The notes below the pieces were generated by a model that had not been told where the DNA came from, made no database searches, and was given only the letters and a program-made list of their open reading frames with translations. From an uncultured Enterobacterales bacterium (GTDB taxonomy: Bacteria > Myxococcota_A > UBA796 > JAFGLY01): 64,000 nt of DNA. How positions within the stretch are numbered: position 1 is the first letter of the stretch; each line of letters begins with the position of its first letter. Location of the stretch: positions 4,654 through 68,653 of the forward strand of contig CAYZVO010000012.1 in NCBI GenBank assembly GCA_964481655.1, written 5' to 3'. A program made the translations under genes and the position numbers. This document shows, in pieces, positions 25,786 to 34,190 of this stretch.

Positions 25786-27089
25786 GCGTAGGTGAAGGTC
25801 GGGAACTTCGCGGTGAAGGCGAAGACCTCTTCCCGCAGGGCCGCGGCGGCGGCCTTGTCGGTGAAGATGCCGGTGCCCTTCTCGATCTTGCCGCGCTTGG
25901 TCAGGGCGCAGGTGCGGTCGATGAAATCGGCGATGGTGGCCATGTCCTCGGCCCCCATGCCGCGGCTGGTCACCGAGGGGGTGCCCACGCGGATGCCGTC
26001 GGGGAACAGCGGCTTCTGGTTGGGGCGGGCGTTGGGCACGGTGTTGAAGTTGCAGACGATGCCGCAGCGCTCCAGCGCGATGGCCACCCGGCGGCCGGGC
26101 AGCTTGCGGGACTCGAAGGTGTTGACCAGCAGCAGGTGGTTGTCGGTGCCGCCGCTCGAGACCTTGTAGCCGCGCTCCACCAGGGCCGCGGCCAGCGCCT
26201 TGGCGTTGCCCACCACGTTGTGGGTGTAAGCCTTGTACTCGGGGGTGGCGGCCTCGGCGAGGGCCACGCCGATGGCGGCGATGGTGTTGAAGTGGGGCCC
26301 GCCCTGCATGCCGGGGAACAGGGCCTTTTCGACCTTCTGGTAGTGCTCTTCCGACTTGGCCAGGATGAGCGCCGCGCGGGGGCCGCGGAGGGTCTTGTGG
26401 GTGGTGAAGGTGACGATGTCGATGTGGGGCCACGGCGAGGGGTGGGCGCCGCCGGCCACCAGGCCCGCGATGTGGGAGATGTCGGCCAGGGAGATGGCGC
26501 CGACGTCACGGGCGATCTTGCCGAACTCCTCGAAGTCGATGGTGCGCGGGTAGGCGGTGTAGCCGCAGACCAGCACGTCGGGCTGGAACTCCTGGGCCTG
26601 GCGCCGGATCTCGTCCATGTCCAGGACGTCGTCGGGGTTGCAGCCGTAGGCGCCGATCTCGAACCACTGGCCGGTCACCGAGACCGGGGAGCCGTGGGTC
26701 AGGTGGCCGCCGTGGTCCAGGCGCATGGCCATGATCTTGCCCTCGAAGGGCTTGATGAAGGCGGCGTAGACGGCGAGGTTGGCGGGGGCGCCGGACAGCC
26801 CCTGCACCACGGAGTGGGGGTAGCCGAAGACCTCGCAGGCCCGCTTCTGGACCAGCACTTCCATCTCGTCGGTGAACTTCTGGCCCTGGTAGTAGCGCTT
26901 GCCCGGGTAGCCTTCGCCGTACTTGTTGGTGAAGGTCGACGCCAGGGTGGCCCGCACGGCGGGCGAGGCGTAGTTCTCGGAAGGGATCAGCCGGATGCAG
27001 CGCTGCTGGCGCGCGTCTTCCTTGGCGACCAGGTCAGCCATGGCGGGATCGGCTTCACGGATGGTGGCGACGATGTCTTCGGGGCGCAT
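25782..27089 (-). CDS. glyA: Serine hydroxymethyltransferase
   Basis: 435-aa ORF. Motifs are LIPSENYASPAV, NKYGEGYPGKRYYQG and the PLP-lysine block TFTTHKTLRGPR. A GAGGAG RBS is present. Confidence 0.95.
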   Translation of the reverse strand: MRPEDIVATIREADPAMADLVAKEDARQQRCIRLIPSENYASPAVRATLASTFTNKYGEGYPGKRYYQGQKFTDEMEVLVQKRACEVFGYPHSVVQGLSGAPANLAVYAAFIKPFEGKIMAMRLDHGGHLTHGSPVSVTGQWFEIGAYGCNPDDVLDMDEIRRQAQEFQPDVLVCGYTAYPRTIDFEEFGKIARDVGAISLADISHIAGLVAGGAHPSPWPHIDIVTFTTHKTLRGPRAALILAKSEEHYQKVEKALFPGMQGGPHFNTIAAIGVALAEAATPEYKAYTHNVVGNAKALAAALVERGYKVSSGGTDNHLLLVNTFESRKLPGRRVAIALERCGIVCNFNTVPNARPNQKPLFPDGIRVGTPSVTSRGMGAEDMATIADFIDRTCALTKRGKIEKGTGIFTDKAAAAALREEVFAFTAKFPTFTYA

Positions 27090-27145
27090 GGGGACTCCTC
27101 GTTTTCCGGGGAAATGGGAGCCCCCCTATAGCGTGTCGCGGCCGC

Positions 27146-28846
27146 CTATTCCTGGCCAAACACGTCCAAGCTGACGGCGTACAGGCCTTCGGTCCAGCTG
27201 CCGTCGGCGTCCTCGAGGCGGACGGAGTCGACGATGCGGGGCTGCAGGTCGATGCCCATGCCGAGGGGGTCATCCGTGCCACCCAGCAGCTCGCCCAGAT
27301 CGATCTCGATCATGCCGCCCAGCAGAGACAGCAGGGACTCCAGGAAGCCGCCCAGGCCGTCGATGACCTCGGCCTCCTCCCAGCTGTCCTCGGTGGCGTA
27401 GTCGAGCACCGCGCCCTCGACCACGTCCAGGTCGATGCCGATGACCGAGCCGTCGTCGGTGACCTCGATGCCCAGCTCCACCGCCAGGCTGGCCTCGAGC
27501 CAGTCCTCGCAGCTCGAGCCGTGCATGGTCTCGATCTCGACCTGCAGATCCGGCAGGTACAGCACCGCCAGGGGCGCGATGCCCTCCTGCATCCGCACGA
27601 CATAGGCGTCGCCGGGCTCGAGGGAGAAGCACCAGCCGTCGTTGTCGGGGATGTCGTCGCCGCCGGGCAGGTTCTCCATGGGGCCGCCGATCATGTCGCC
27701 CATGAAGCCGCCCAGATCCATGCCCTGGTCGAGCATGCCCAGCAGGGTGTCGCCCAGCATGATGTCCAGCAGGCCCTCGTGCAGGCCCAGGACCGCGTGA
27801 GCGTCAGGGGCTTCGTCGAGGCCGGGCATGGGGATCGCGGGGGCGACCTCGGGCATGGGCTCGTCGATGGCGATGCCCAGGCCCAGGGCCAGGCCCTCTT
27901 CGTCGCCGGCCAGCTCCACCAGCTCGGCGGCCAGCATCGTGCCCATCAGGTCCTGCTCGAAGGCGAAGGGCCCGCCCAGCTCGAAGGTACCGAACTCGGC
28001 CAGCACGAAGTCCAGCAGCCACTCGCCGAGGGGCTCGCTGACGTACTCGTTGAGCAGATCGAGGATCCACTCCACCACCCAGCCCTCGAGATCGCCGAAC
28101 TCGGCGTCGGGCTCGTCAAGCGCCACGCCGGTCTCGGACAGCTCGAGCCAGACGATGCCGTCGTCGTCGAGCCAGGGGGTGGCCATGGCCGTGATCTCGA
28201 TGAGGCCGTAGCCGAAGCTGATGTCGGAGCTGAAGCCGTAGCCGTAGACATCGACCACGACCTCGTAGCCGAGCACCAGGTTGTTGATCGCGATGCCCAC
28301 GTCGATGCCGCCCTCGACCGCGTCGAGCACCACCACGGTGGGATCGTGGATCGCGCCGGTGGCGTAGAAGCTGACGAACTCGCCCTCGTAGCTGGGCATG
28401 GCGGCGGTGATCTGATCGGCCCAGCCGGTGTCGTCGATCATGCCACCCAGCTGCTCACCCAGCAGCTCGAGGCCCGCGGGCAGCAGCCTGCCCGTGGCGC
28501 CATCGGGCCAGGTGTCGATGGGGTCGTGGCCCGAGAAGACCGGGATGCGCTCCCGGAGGTACTGATCGCCGTGCCAGGCCTCGACATCGACGATGCGGTA
28601 GGCGTGATCGACGGCGACGGCGGTGCGGAAGGCGCCGTGGGAGAGATCGCTGAGCTCCACACCCTCGACGTGGACGATGGCGTCGTCCGGGTAGACCTTG
28701 CCCTCGACCTGAGCGTCGGCGTCGCCGAGGAAGTCGCCGTAGTGGGGCGAGGTGAGCTCGAGGGTCAGGGTCTCGTCGATGGGGACGAAGGCGTAGTCGG
28801 CGCGGCAGCCGACCAGCAGCAGGGCCGCGAGGGCGAGGCGGTTCAT
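27146..28846 (-). CDS. Large, very acidic lipoprotein, function unknown
   Basis: 566-aa ORF: MNRLALAALLLVGC (lipobox). It is D/E/G/L-rich with no recognisable catalytic motif. Confidence 0.65.
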   Translation of the reverse strand: MNRLALAALLLVGCRADYAFVPIDETLTLELTSPHYGDFLGDADAQVEGKVYPDDAIVHVEGVELSDLSHGAFRTAVAVDHAYRIVDVEAWHGDQYLRERIPVFSGHDPIDTWPDGATGRLLPAGLELLGEQLGGMIDDTGWADQITAAMPSYEGEFVSFYATGAIHDPTVVVLDAVEGGIDVGIAINNLVLGYEVVVDVYGYGFSSDISFGYGLIEITAMATPWLDDDGIVWLELSETGVALDEPDAEFGDLEGWVVEWILDLLNEYVSEPLGEWLLDFVLAEFGTFELGGPFAFEQDLMGTMLAAELVELAGDEEGLALGLGIAIDEPMPEVAPAIPMPGLDEAPDAHAVLGLHEGLLDIMLGDTLLGMLDQGMDLGGFMGDMIGGPMENLPGGDDIPDNDGWCFSLEPGDAYVVRMQEGIAPLAVLYLPDLQVEIETMHGSSCEDWLEASLAVELGIEVTDDGSVIGIDLDVVEGAVLDYATEDSWEEAEVIDGLGGFLESLLSLLGGMIEIDLGELLGGTDDPLGMGIDLQPRIVDSVRLEDADGSWTEGLYAVSLDVFGQE

Positions 28847-28917
28847 GGGGCCTCCGTGGAGTCCTTGGGCCGTTCTTGCTACCTTGGCCCGGCCATACGA
28901 TAGCCAGGGAGTTCGGC

Positions 28918-29136
28918 ATGCGCGAGGTTCGCTTCAGCCTGGTCATCTCCGCCGAGGAGATGCTGCGGTACTACCAGGGTGCGGCCCAGAACGTGCTCGT
29001 CACCACCGACCGCGGCCTCAAGCTCCAGTTCCCCGCCGAGCACCTGCGCAGGTTCGTCACGGAGCAGGGCGTGCGTGGGCGCTTCGCGATCCGCTTCGAC
29101 GCGAACAACCGCTTCGTGGACCTGCGACGGATCTGA
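28918..29136 (+). CDS. DUF2835 family small protein
   Basis: The track ORF 28876..29136 is trimmed to ATG 28918. MREVRFSLVISAEEMLRYYQGAAQNVLVTTDRGLKLQFPAEHLRRFVTEQGVRGRFAIRFDANNRF matches the conserved DUF2835 pattern as I recall it. Confidence 0.65.
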   Translation: MREVRFSLVISAEEMLRYYQGAAQNVLVTTDRGLKLQFPAEHLRRFVTEQGVRGRFAIRFDANNRFVDLRRI

Positions 29137-29217
29137 CGATCCCGGTCATCCCGGAAGCACGGCCGCCCGTGATATGCGGCTCGCCTTGCCCCCAACCGAA
29201 CCCCCAAGGAGTACCCC

Positions 29218-29814
29218 ATGCGCCGCGCTGCCACGTTCTCCGCCCTCGCCTTCGGCCTGATCCTCTCCCTCGCCTGCGGGGGCCTCGGCTCCGAGGCCGA
29301 GCCCTGCCCCGAGCCCGAGCCCTGCCCCGCCGACGGCGAATGCTGCGACACCGAAGATGTGCTCCTGATGAGCGCCATGGGGCTGAGCGACGAGGCCATG
29401 ATCGCCGCCATCGAGACCGACACGGTGGACTTCGAGGTCCCCGAGGCCGATGTGCTGCGGCTGCAGGAAGCCCAGATCTCCCAGGACGTCATCGACGCGC
29501 TGGTCGGCAAGGCGCCAGCCGCCACCACCCAGGGTGCCCCCAAGGTGCCGCCGCTGGATGTGTCCATGACCTACACCGCCGGCGCGCGGACCTTCGTGCT
29601 CAACAACCACTCGGCGAAGACCTACACGACCCTGGTGCTCACCGCGAACGGCGAGTACGTCTACCGGCTCAAGAAGCTGCCCGTGGGCGCCGAGGACAGC
29701 ATCCGGCTCTCCACCTTCACCTCGCGCAACTCGGGTCAGTCGCTCAAGGCCAAGGAAGGCATCCGGACCATGTACATCAGCGCCGACCAGGGCGTGTGGT
29801 CCAAGAGCTTCTAG
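29218..29814 (+). CDS. Lipoprotein with an N-terminal Cys-rich acidic linker, function unknown
   Basis: 198-aa ORF: MRRAATFSALAFGLILSLAC (lipobox), then EPCPEPEPCPADGECCD. An AAGGAG RBS is present. Confidence 0.65.
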   Translation: MRRAATFSALAFGLILSLACGGLGSEAEPCPEPEPCPADGECCDTEDVLLMSAMGLSDEAMIAAIETDTVDFEVPEADVLRLQEAQISQDVIDALVGKAPAATTQGAPKVPPLDVSMTYTAGARTFVLNNHSAKTYTTLVLTANGEYVYRLKKLPVGAEDSIRLSTFTSRNSGQSLKAKEGIRTMYISADQGVWSKSF

Positions 29815-29827
29815 ACGCCGTCGCGCC

Positions 29828-30874
29828 TCAGTCCGAGCGCTCGACGCGGTTCCGACCCAGGCGCTTGGCCAGGTAGAGCGCCTGGTCGGCGCGGCCGATC
29901 CAGGACTCGACCGGCTCACCGGGCCGCAGGCGGGCGGAGCCCAGGGAGACCGTCACCGTGAGGTCTTCGTGGGTGCGGGACCAGTCGTAGGCCATGAAGG
30001 CCATGCGCAGGCGCTCGGCCGCGGCCCAGGCGGTCTCTTCGTCGGTGCCCGGGAGGAAGGCCAGCAGCTCCTCGCCACCGTAGCGCACCCACTGGTCTTC
30101 GTTGCGGCAGGCCTGGACCACGATGTGCGCTGCCTGGCGCAGGACCTCGTCGCCCACCTGGTGGCCGAAGCGGTCGTTGACCTTCTTGAAGTGGTCGATG
30201 TCCAGGAACAGGCAGCAGAGGTAGTGGCCGCTGTTGCGGGACTGGGTGACCATGTCCGGCAGCTTGTCGTCCATGAAGGAGCGCATGAACAGGCCCGTGA
30301 GGGGATCGCGGCCTTCGGCGAGCTGCAGGCGCTTGGCGACCCGGCGCAGGTGGTCGATCTGCGGAGCCTCGAGCAGCTCGAGCATCAGGGAGACGTTGAC
30401 GATGTCGACCTTGGTGCCCGGCTCCACGACCGTGGACTTCACCGGCACGCCGCCGATCTCGACCCCGTTGGTGGAGCCGAGGTCCACCACCTCGAACCAG
30501 CCTTCGTCCTTCCATGAGATGCGGGCGTGCAGCCGGGAGACCCCGGCATCCGACAGCAGCAGATCCGCCTTGGGGTCGCGGCCGATGAGGATCTCGCCCT
30601 TGAGGGCCAGGTTGACGAAGCCGCCGAGATCCGAGCCCGCCGAGACCCGCACGATGGGGTAGAACAGCCGGCCCCCGACCTTCTTGCGGTTGATGCGCCG
30701 CTCGATGGTGGGCTCGGCGTTTTCGTCGACCGTGTAGAAGTCCAGCTCTTCGGAGACGACCTCTTCGGTCATCTTCTCGGCGTCCGCCGTGAGGTCGTCC
30801 CGCCGCCGCCCGATGGAGGGCTGCAGGCCCGAGAGCAGGCGGCTGGTGAACCGGCTGGGACGCTTGCTGGACAT
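29828..30874 (-). CDS. FHA domain-containing diguanylate cyclase family protein (GGEEL variant)
   Basis: 348-aa ORF. The FHA core is ILIGRDPKADLLLSDAGVSRLHARISW...DLGSTNGVEIGG. The GGDEF domain has DPLTGLFMRSF, an RNED I-site and RYGGEELLAFLPG. Confidence 0.85.
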   Translation of the reverse strand: MSSKRPSRFTSRLLSGLQPSIGRRRDDLTADAEKMTEEVVSEELDFYTVDENAEPTIERRINRKKVGGRLFYPIVRVSAGSDLGGFVNLALKGEILIGRDPKADLLLSDAGVSRLHARISWKDEGWFEVVDLGSTNGVEIGGVPVKSTVVEPGTKVDIVNVSLMLELLEAPQIDHLRRVAKRLQLAEGRDPLTGLFMRSFMDDKLPDMVTQSRNSGHYLCCLFLDIDHFKKVNDRFGHQVGDEVLRQAAHIVVQACRNEDQWVRYGGEELLAFLPGTDEETAWAAAERLRMAFMAYDWSRTHEDLTVTVSLGSARLRPGEPVESWIGRADQALYLAKRLGRNRVERSD

Positions 30875-31194
30875 TCACGGGCTCCGAGGGGGACTCTACA
30901 TAATCAACGCCGACCGGCGCGGGTACGTTCCGGACGGCGAACACGACGCTGGGTCGCGACGCTCTACTCCTTATCGACACCTGAAAGGAGTCTCGAAGGT
31001 AGATTCGGTCACAAACTTGTCGAGGCGATCCGCCGATCTGGCCGTCTACGTGGGGGTAGGCGCGTTCCCGAGCAGCCGGCCCCGGAACGGGACCAGGGTG
31101 TGGTCCTGGCCGTCGAATGCCGAGCAGGCCGGGATCGTGCCACACATCGACCTCGCCGCCCTGGCCCAGCAGGTAGCGCCAGCCGGGAGGCACC

Positions 31195-31680
31195 CTACGC
31201 CTCCGCGCTCTCCGCATCCCGCAGTCGCAGCCTCGTCCAATGCAGGTGATCGACCTGCCGGGCCTCGAGCAGCTCGAGCGCGATCTTCACGCCGACGATC
31301 TCGATGCGGGTCCCCACCTGGACACAGCCCCAGTCGATGTCTGTGCCGTCCACCTGGGTGCCGTTGGTGCTCGCGAGGTCCTGGACCTCGAAGCGGCCGT
31401 CCGCGCGCCACCGCACCCGGGCGTGCATCCGGCTGACCCCGGGGTCCTTCAGGCGCAGCCCCGCCGAGGGATCGCGGCCGATGATCACCTCGCCGCTCAC
31501 GGCCAGGCTGGCGTACGCGCCCAGGCTGTCTCCCGAGGTCACCCGGACCACCGGGTAGAGCACCCGCTCACCCCGAAGGGTCCGGTGTAGCTGATGCTCC
31601 ACCGTGGCGCTGATCTCCGTGGTGTGGTCCTCGGATCTCCCGAACCTGCGCGCGAGCTTCCTGAGCTGGTCCAGCGCCAT
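31195..31680 (-). CDS. Stand-alone FHA domain protein (paralogue of the N-terminal half of the downstream FHA-GGDEF protein)
   Basis: 161-aa ORF. The FHA core is VIIGRDPSAGLRLKDPGVSRMHARVRW...DLASTNGTQVDG. The C-terminal helix LELLEARQVDHL matches LELLEAPQIDHL in the neighbouring gene. Confidence 0.8.
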   Translation of the reverse strand: MALDQLRKLARRFGRSEDHTTEISATVEHQLHRTLRGERVLYPVVRVTSGDSLGAYASLAVSGEVIIGRDPSAGLRLKDPGVSRMHARVRWRADGRFEVQDLASTNGTQVDGTDIDWGCVQVGTRIEIVGVKIALELLEARQVDHLHWTRLRLRDAESAEA

Positions 31681-31808
31681 CCTCGACCTCCAAGTCCATC
31701 ATACGCCACGCGGACCGGTACACCAGCTCACCGTGCCCATCCATGCCTGTCACAGCCCCCGCTCCTGACGCGTCTATCCCCCGAGCCCCCTGCAGCAGGA
31801 GCCGCCCC

Positions 31809-32300
31809 ATGCCCCGACGCCTGATCCTCGCCCTGATCGCCCTGACCGGCGCGCTGCTGATCGCCCTGGTCCCCTTCGCCCCCGAGCCCGCCGAGGCGGC
31901 CAAGAACGCGCCGACCTTCACCCTCGAGGACTGCCACGGCAAGCCGGTGACCCTCGACCAGTACTCGGGCAAGCCCCTGGTGCTGAACTTCTGGGCCACC
32001 TGGTGCCCGCCCTGCCAGGTCGAGATCCCGGCCCTGTCCTCCTACGCCAGCGCCAACCCCGGCGTGTCGGTCGTGGGCGTGGCCCTGGACTCGGGGCCGG
32101 CGGATCACATGCCCCAGCTGCGCACCGAGCTGGGCATCGAGTACGAGATCTTCGCGGGCAACAACGACATCGTGCAGGCCTACGGCGTGCGGGGCCTGCC
32201 CACCACCGTGGTCATCGACGCCGACGGCTCGGTGTCGTCGGTGCACACCGGCCCGATCACCGAGCGGGAGCTGGCCGAGCTGGTCGAGAAGGCTCGCTAG
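31809..32300 (+). CDS. TlpA-family thiol:disulfide oxidoreductase (membrane-anchored thioredoxin-like)
   Basis: The track ORF 31743..32300 is trimmed to ATG 31809 (MPRRLILALIALTGALLIAL...). Motifs are LVLNFWATWCPPC and GLPTTVVID. Confidence 0.85.
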   Translation: MPRRLILALIALTGALLIALVPFAPEPAEAAKNAPTFTLEDCHGKPVTLDQYSGKPLVLNFWATWCPPCQVEIPALSSYASANPGVSVVGVALDSGPADHMPQLRTELGIEYEIFAGNNDIVQAYGVRGLPTTVVIDADGSVSSVHTGPITERELAELVEKAR

Positions 32301-34132
32301 CGGCGGCAGCCCACGGCGGGCCCCGGGGCGCTGGCGGTCCACAGCCGGGTGCCCACCCAGTCGTCGGGGGTGAACACCAGCTGCTCGAGGCCCAGCTGCT
32401 GCAGGGCTGCGTCCTGGCGCTCGCCCTGATCCGGCCTCCACCAGTGCACCACGAAGAGGTTGGCAGGCCAGGCGGACTCCGCGCCCACGCCCGCGTAGCG
32501 CAGGGCCAGCTCCCTCACGCGCAGGGCGTCCGCCGGGCCCTGCTCGGTGGCCAGCCGGACGTCGGCGAAGGGCGCGGCGGCGTAGAGCGCGTCGTCCAGC
32601 TGCTGCCAGTCGCAGTGGCCCCCGCAGTGCAAGAGCACGATGGGGGGACAGCCCGGCTCGGCGTGCTCCGCGATGGCCCGGCTCAGCTCGGTCCAGGGCT
32701 CGCCGAAGGGGCGGGGGTAGTTCGAGACCAGCTGGAAGTTCCAGGGCCGCTCCCGCAGCTGGGTGGAGCAGAGCTCGAGGCCCGCGCGGTCGTTGCCCGG
32801 GAAGCCGAAGGGCGAGGCCGCGTCCATGAACGCCGGCAGCGGCAGGGGCACGTCGCGCCCACCCGGCGTGAACAGCCAGCCGATGTGGTAGCTGGCGGTC
32901 CAGAGGAGGACGAGCCCGCAGACCACCCGCATCACCCGACGCCAGCCGGACAGGGCGAGCACCGCGGGCACCGCCAGGGCCGGGAAGGCCGGCACGATGT
33001 AGCGGTCGCAGCGGTAGGGCAGCACCGCCAGGATGACCAGACCGGAGAGCAGCACCAGCCAGGCCCAGCCGCCGACGGGGCGCCCACCGGGCCACAGGGC
33101 CCGGCCGAGCCCGAGCAGGAACAACGGCAGCAGCAGGGTGGGCAGCCGGAACCAGGTCACCAGCGGGTAGTAGGACCAGGTCTCGGCCAGGGGCATCAGC
33201 TCGCCGTCGTAGTCGAACTCGAGGTTCGAGCTCAGGAACTCCTGCATGGCCCCCGCGTTGCCCAGGTACCAGGGGCCCGCGATGAGGCCCACGCCCAGCA
33301 CCAGGATGCCGGCGCCGATGAGCCGCTCGCGGCCGTGCTCGGCCAGCAGGTGCGGGGCCTGCAGCGCCAGCGCAGCCAGGACGAACGCCAGGGCGCCGAG
33401 GATGGCGATGCCGATGAAGGCGCCGCTGTACAGCCAGCCCCCCAGGCCGGCGGCGACGGTGCCCGCGGCCACCACGGCCGCCACTGAGGCGCCCGCGCCC
33501 ATGGGCCGCCGCTTCAGGGTCCGCAGCATCACCACCACCAGGGCCAGCAGCATGGGCGGGCCCAGGAAGAAGCCGAAGGACCACTTGCTCATCAAGCCCA
33601 GGCCCAGGCAGACCGCCAGCCCGGCGGCGGGCAGCTTGCGGCGCAGCCCGTCGCTGGCGTCCCAGCACGCCAGCGCCCCCAGGGCCAGGGCCGCCAGGGG
33701 GATCTCGCTGAAGTAGAAGCCCCGCAGCTGGCTCAAGGAGGCCAGCATGGTCGCCAGGGCCGCGGCGGTGACCCCGGCCAGCACGCCCGCGTGGCGCCGG
33801 ACGAAGCCGAAGGCGGCCAGGGCCAGCAGCAGCCAGGCGGGCCACAACGAGGCCACGGCCATCTGAAGGCTGGTGCCGAAGGCCGCGAAGTGCAGCGCGG
33901 TCCAGGTGGGCAGCAGCGGCGGGTAGGGGCTCAGGGAGAAGCAGCCCATGGAGGACTGGTCGCTGCCCCAGGAGGCATCGAGGCAGGCGGCGGCCCGGAA
34001 GATGTTGCGGTCGTCGCTCAAGGTCCCGGGGTGGTCCATGGAGACCCACAGCAGCTGCAGCAGGCTGACCACCACGGCCACGGCGATGCCGGGGCCCCAC
34101 TGACGCAGGAGCTGTCGCAGGCGCTCGGGCAT
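32297..34132 (-). CDS. GT-C fold membrane glycosyltransferase (ArnT/PMT, GT39/83-like) with a C-terminal periplasmic domain
   Basis: The track ORF is trimmed to ATG 34132 (MPERLRQLLRQWGPGIAVAVVV...). It has about 11 TM segments, an early loop WVSMDHPGTLSDD (Asp-containing first loop) and a soluble tail of about 200 aa. Confidence 0.6.
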   Translation of the reverse strand: MPERLRQLLRQWGPGIAVAVVVSLLQLLWVSMDHPGTLSDDRNIFRAAACLDASWGSDQSSMGCFSLSPYPPLLPTWTALHFAAFGTSLQMAVASLWPAWLLLALAAFGFVRRHAGVLAGVTAAALATMLASLSQLRGFYFSEIPLAALALGALACWDASDGLRRKLPAAGLAVCLGLGLMSKWSFGFFLGPPMLLALVVVMLRTLKRRPMGAGASVAAVVAAGTVAAGLGGWLYSGAFIGIAILGALAFVLAALALQAPHLLAEHGRERLIGAGILVLGVGLIAGPWYLGNAGAMQEFLSSNLEFDYDGELMPLAETWSYYPLVTWFRLPTLLLPLFLLGLGRALWPGGRPVGGWAWLVLLSGLVILAVLPYRCDRYIVPAFPALAVPAVLALSGWRRVMRVVCGLVLLWTASYHIGWLFTPGGRDVPLPLPAFMDAASPFGFPGNDRAGLELCSTQLRERPWNFQLVSNYPRPFGEPWTELSRAIAEHAEPGCPPIVLLHCGGHCDWQQLDDALYAAAPFADVRLATEQGPADALRVRELALRYAGVGAESAWPANLFVVHWWRPDQGERQDAALQQLGLEQLVFTPDDWVGTRLWTASAPGPAVGCRR

Positions 34133-34190
34133 GGCCTCCACCGCGGGCCGCCGCTGGAGTGCGGCGCTGCTTCCTTGTAGCCTATCGCCC

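Noticed and set aside
22542-26433. Minus-strand ORFs 22542..24530 (662 aa) and 24238..26433 (731 aa)
   Set aside because: They are antisense to the two HD-GYP genes and out of frame over glyA. They have no motifs, whereas the plus-strand (HD-GYP) and the real glyA frame have unmistakable signatures.
30875-31194. Coding-like stretch just downstream of the FHA gene stop (minus strand reads VPPGWRYLLGQGGEVDVWHDPGLLG...), as a possible pseudogene or small ORF
   Set aside because: High GC3 lasts only about 25 codons and then decays. There is no RBS, and the listed ORF that contains it (29916..31217) continues out of frame through the real FHA-GGDEF gene. It is more likely intergenic or regulatory.
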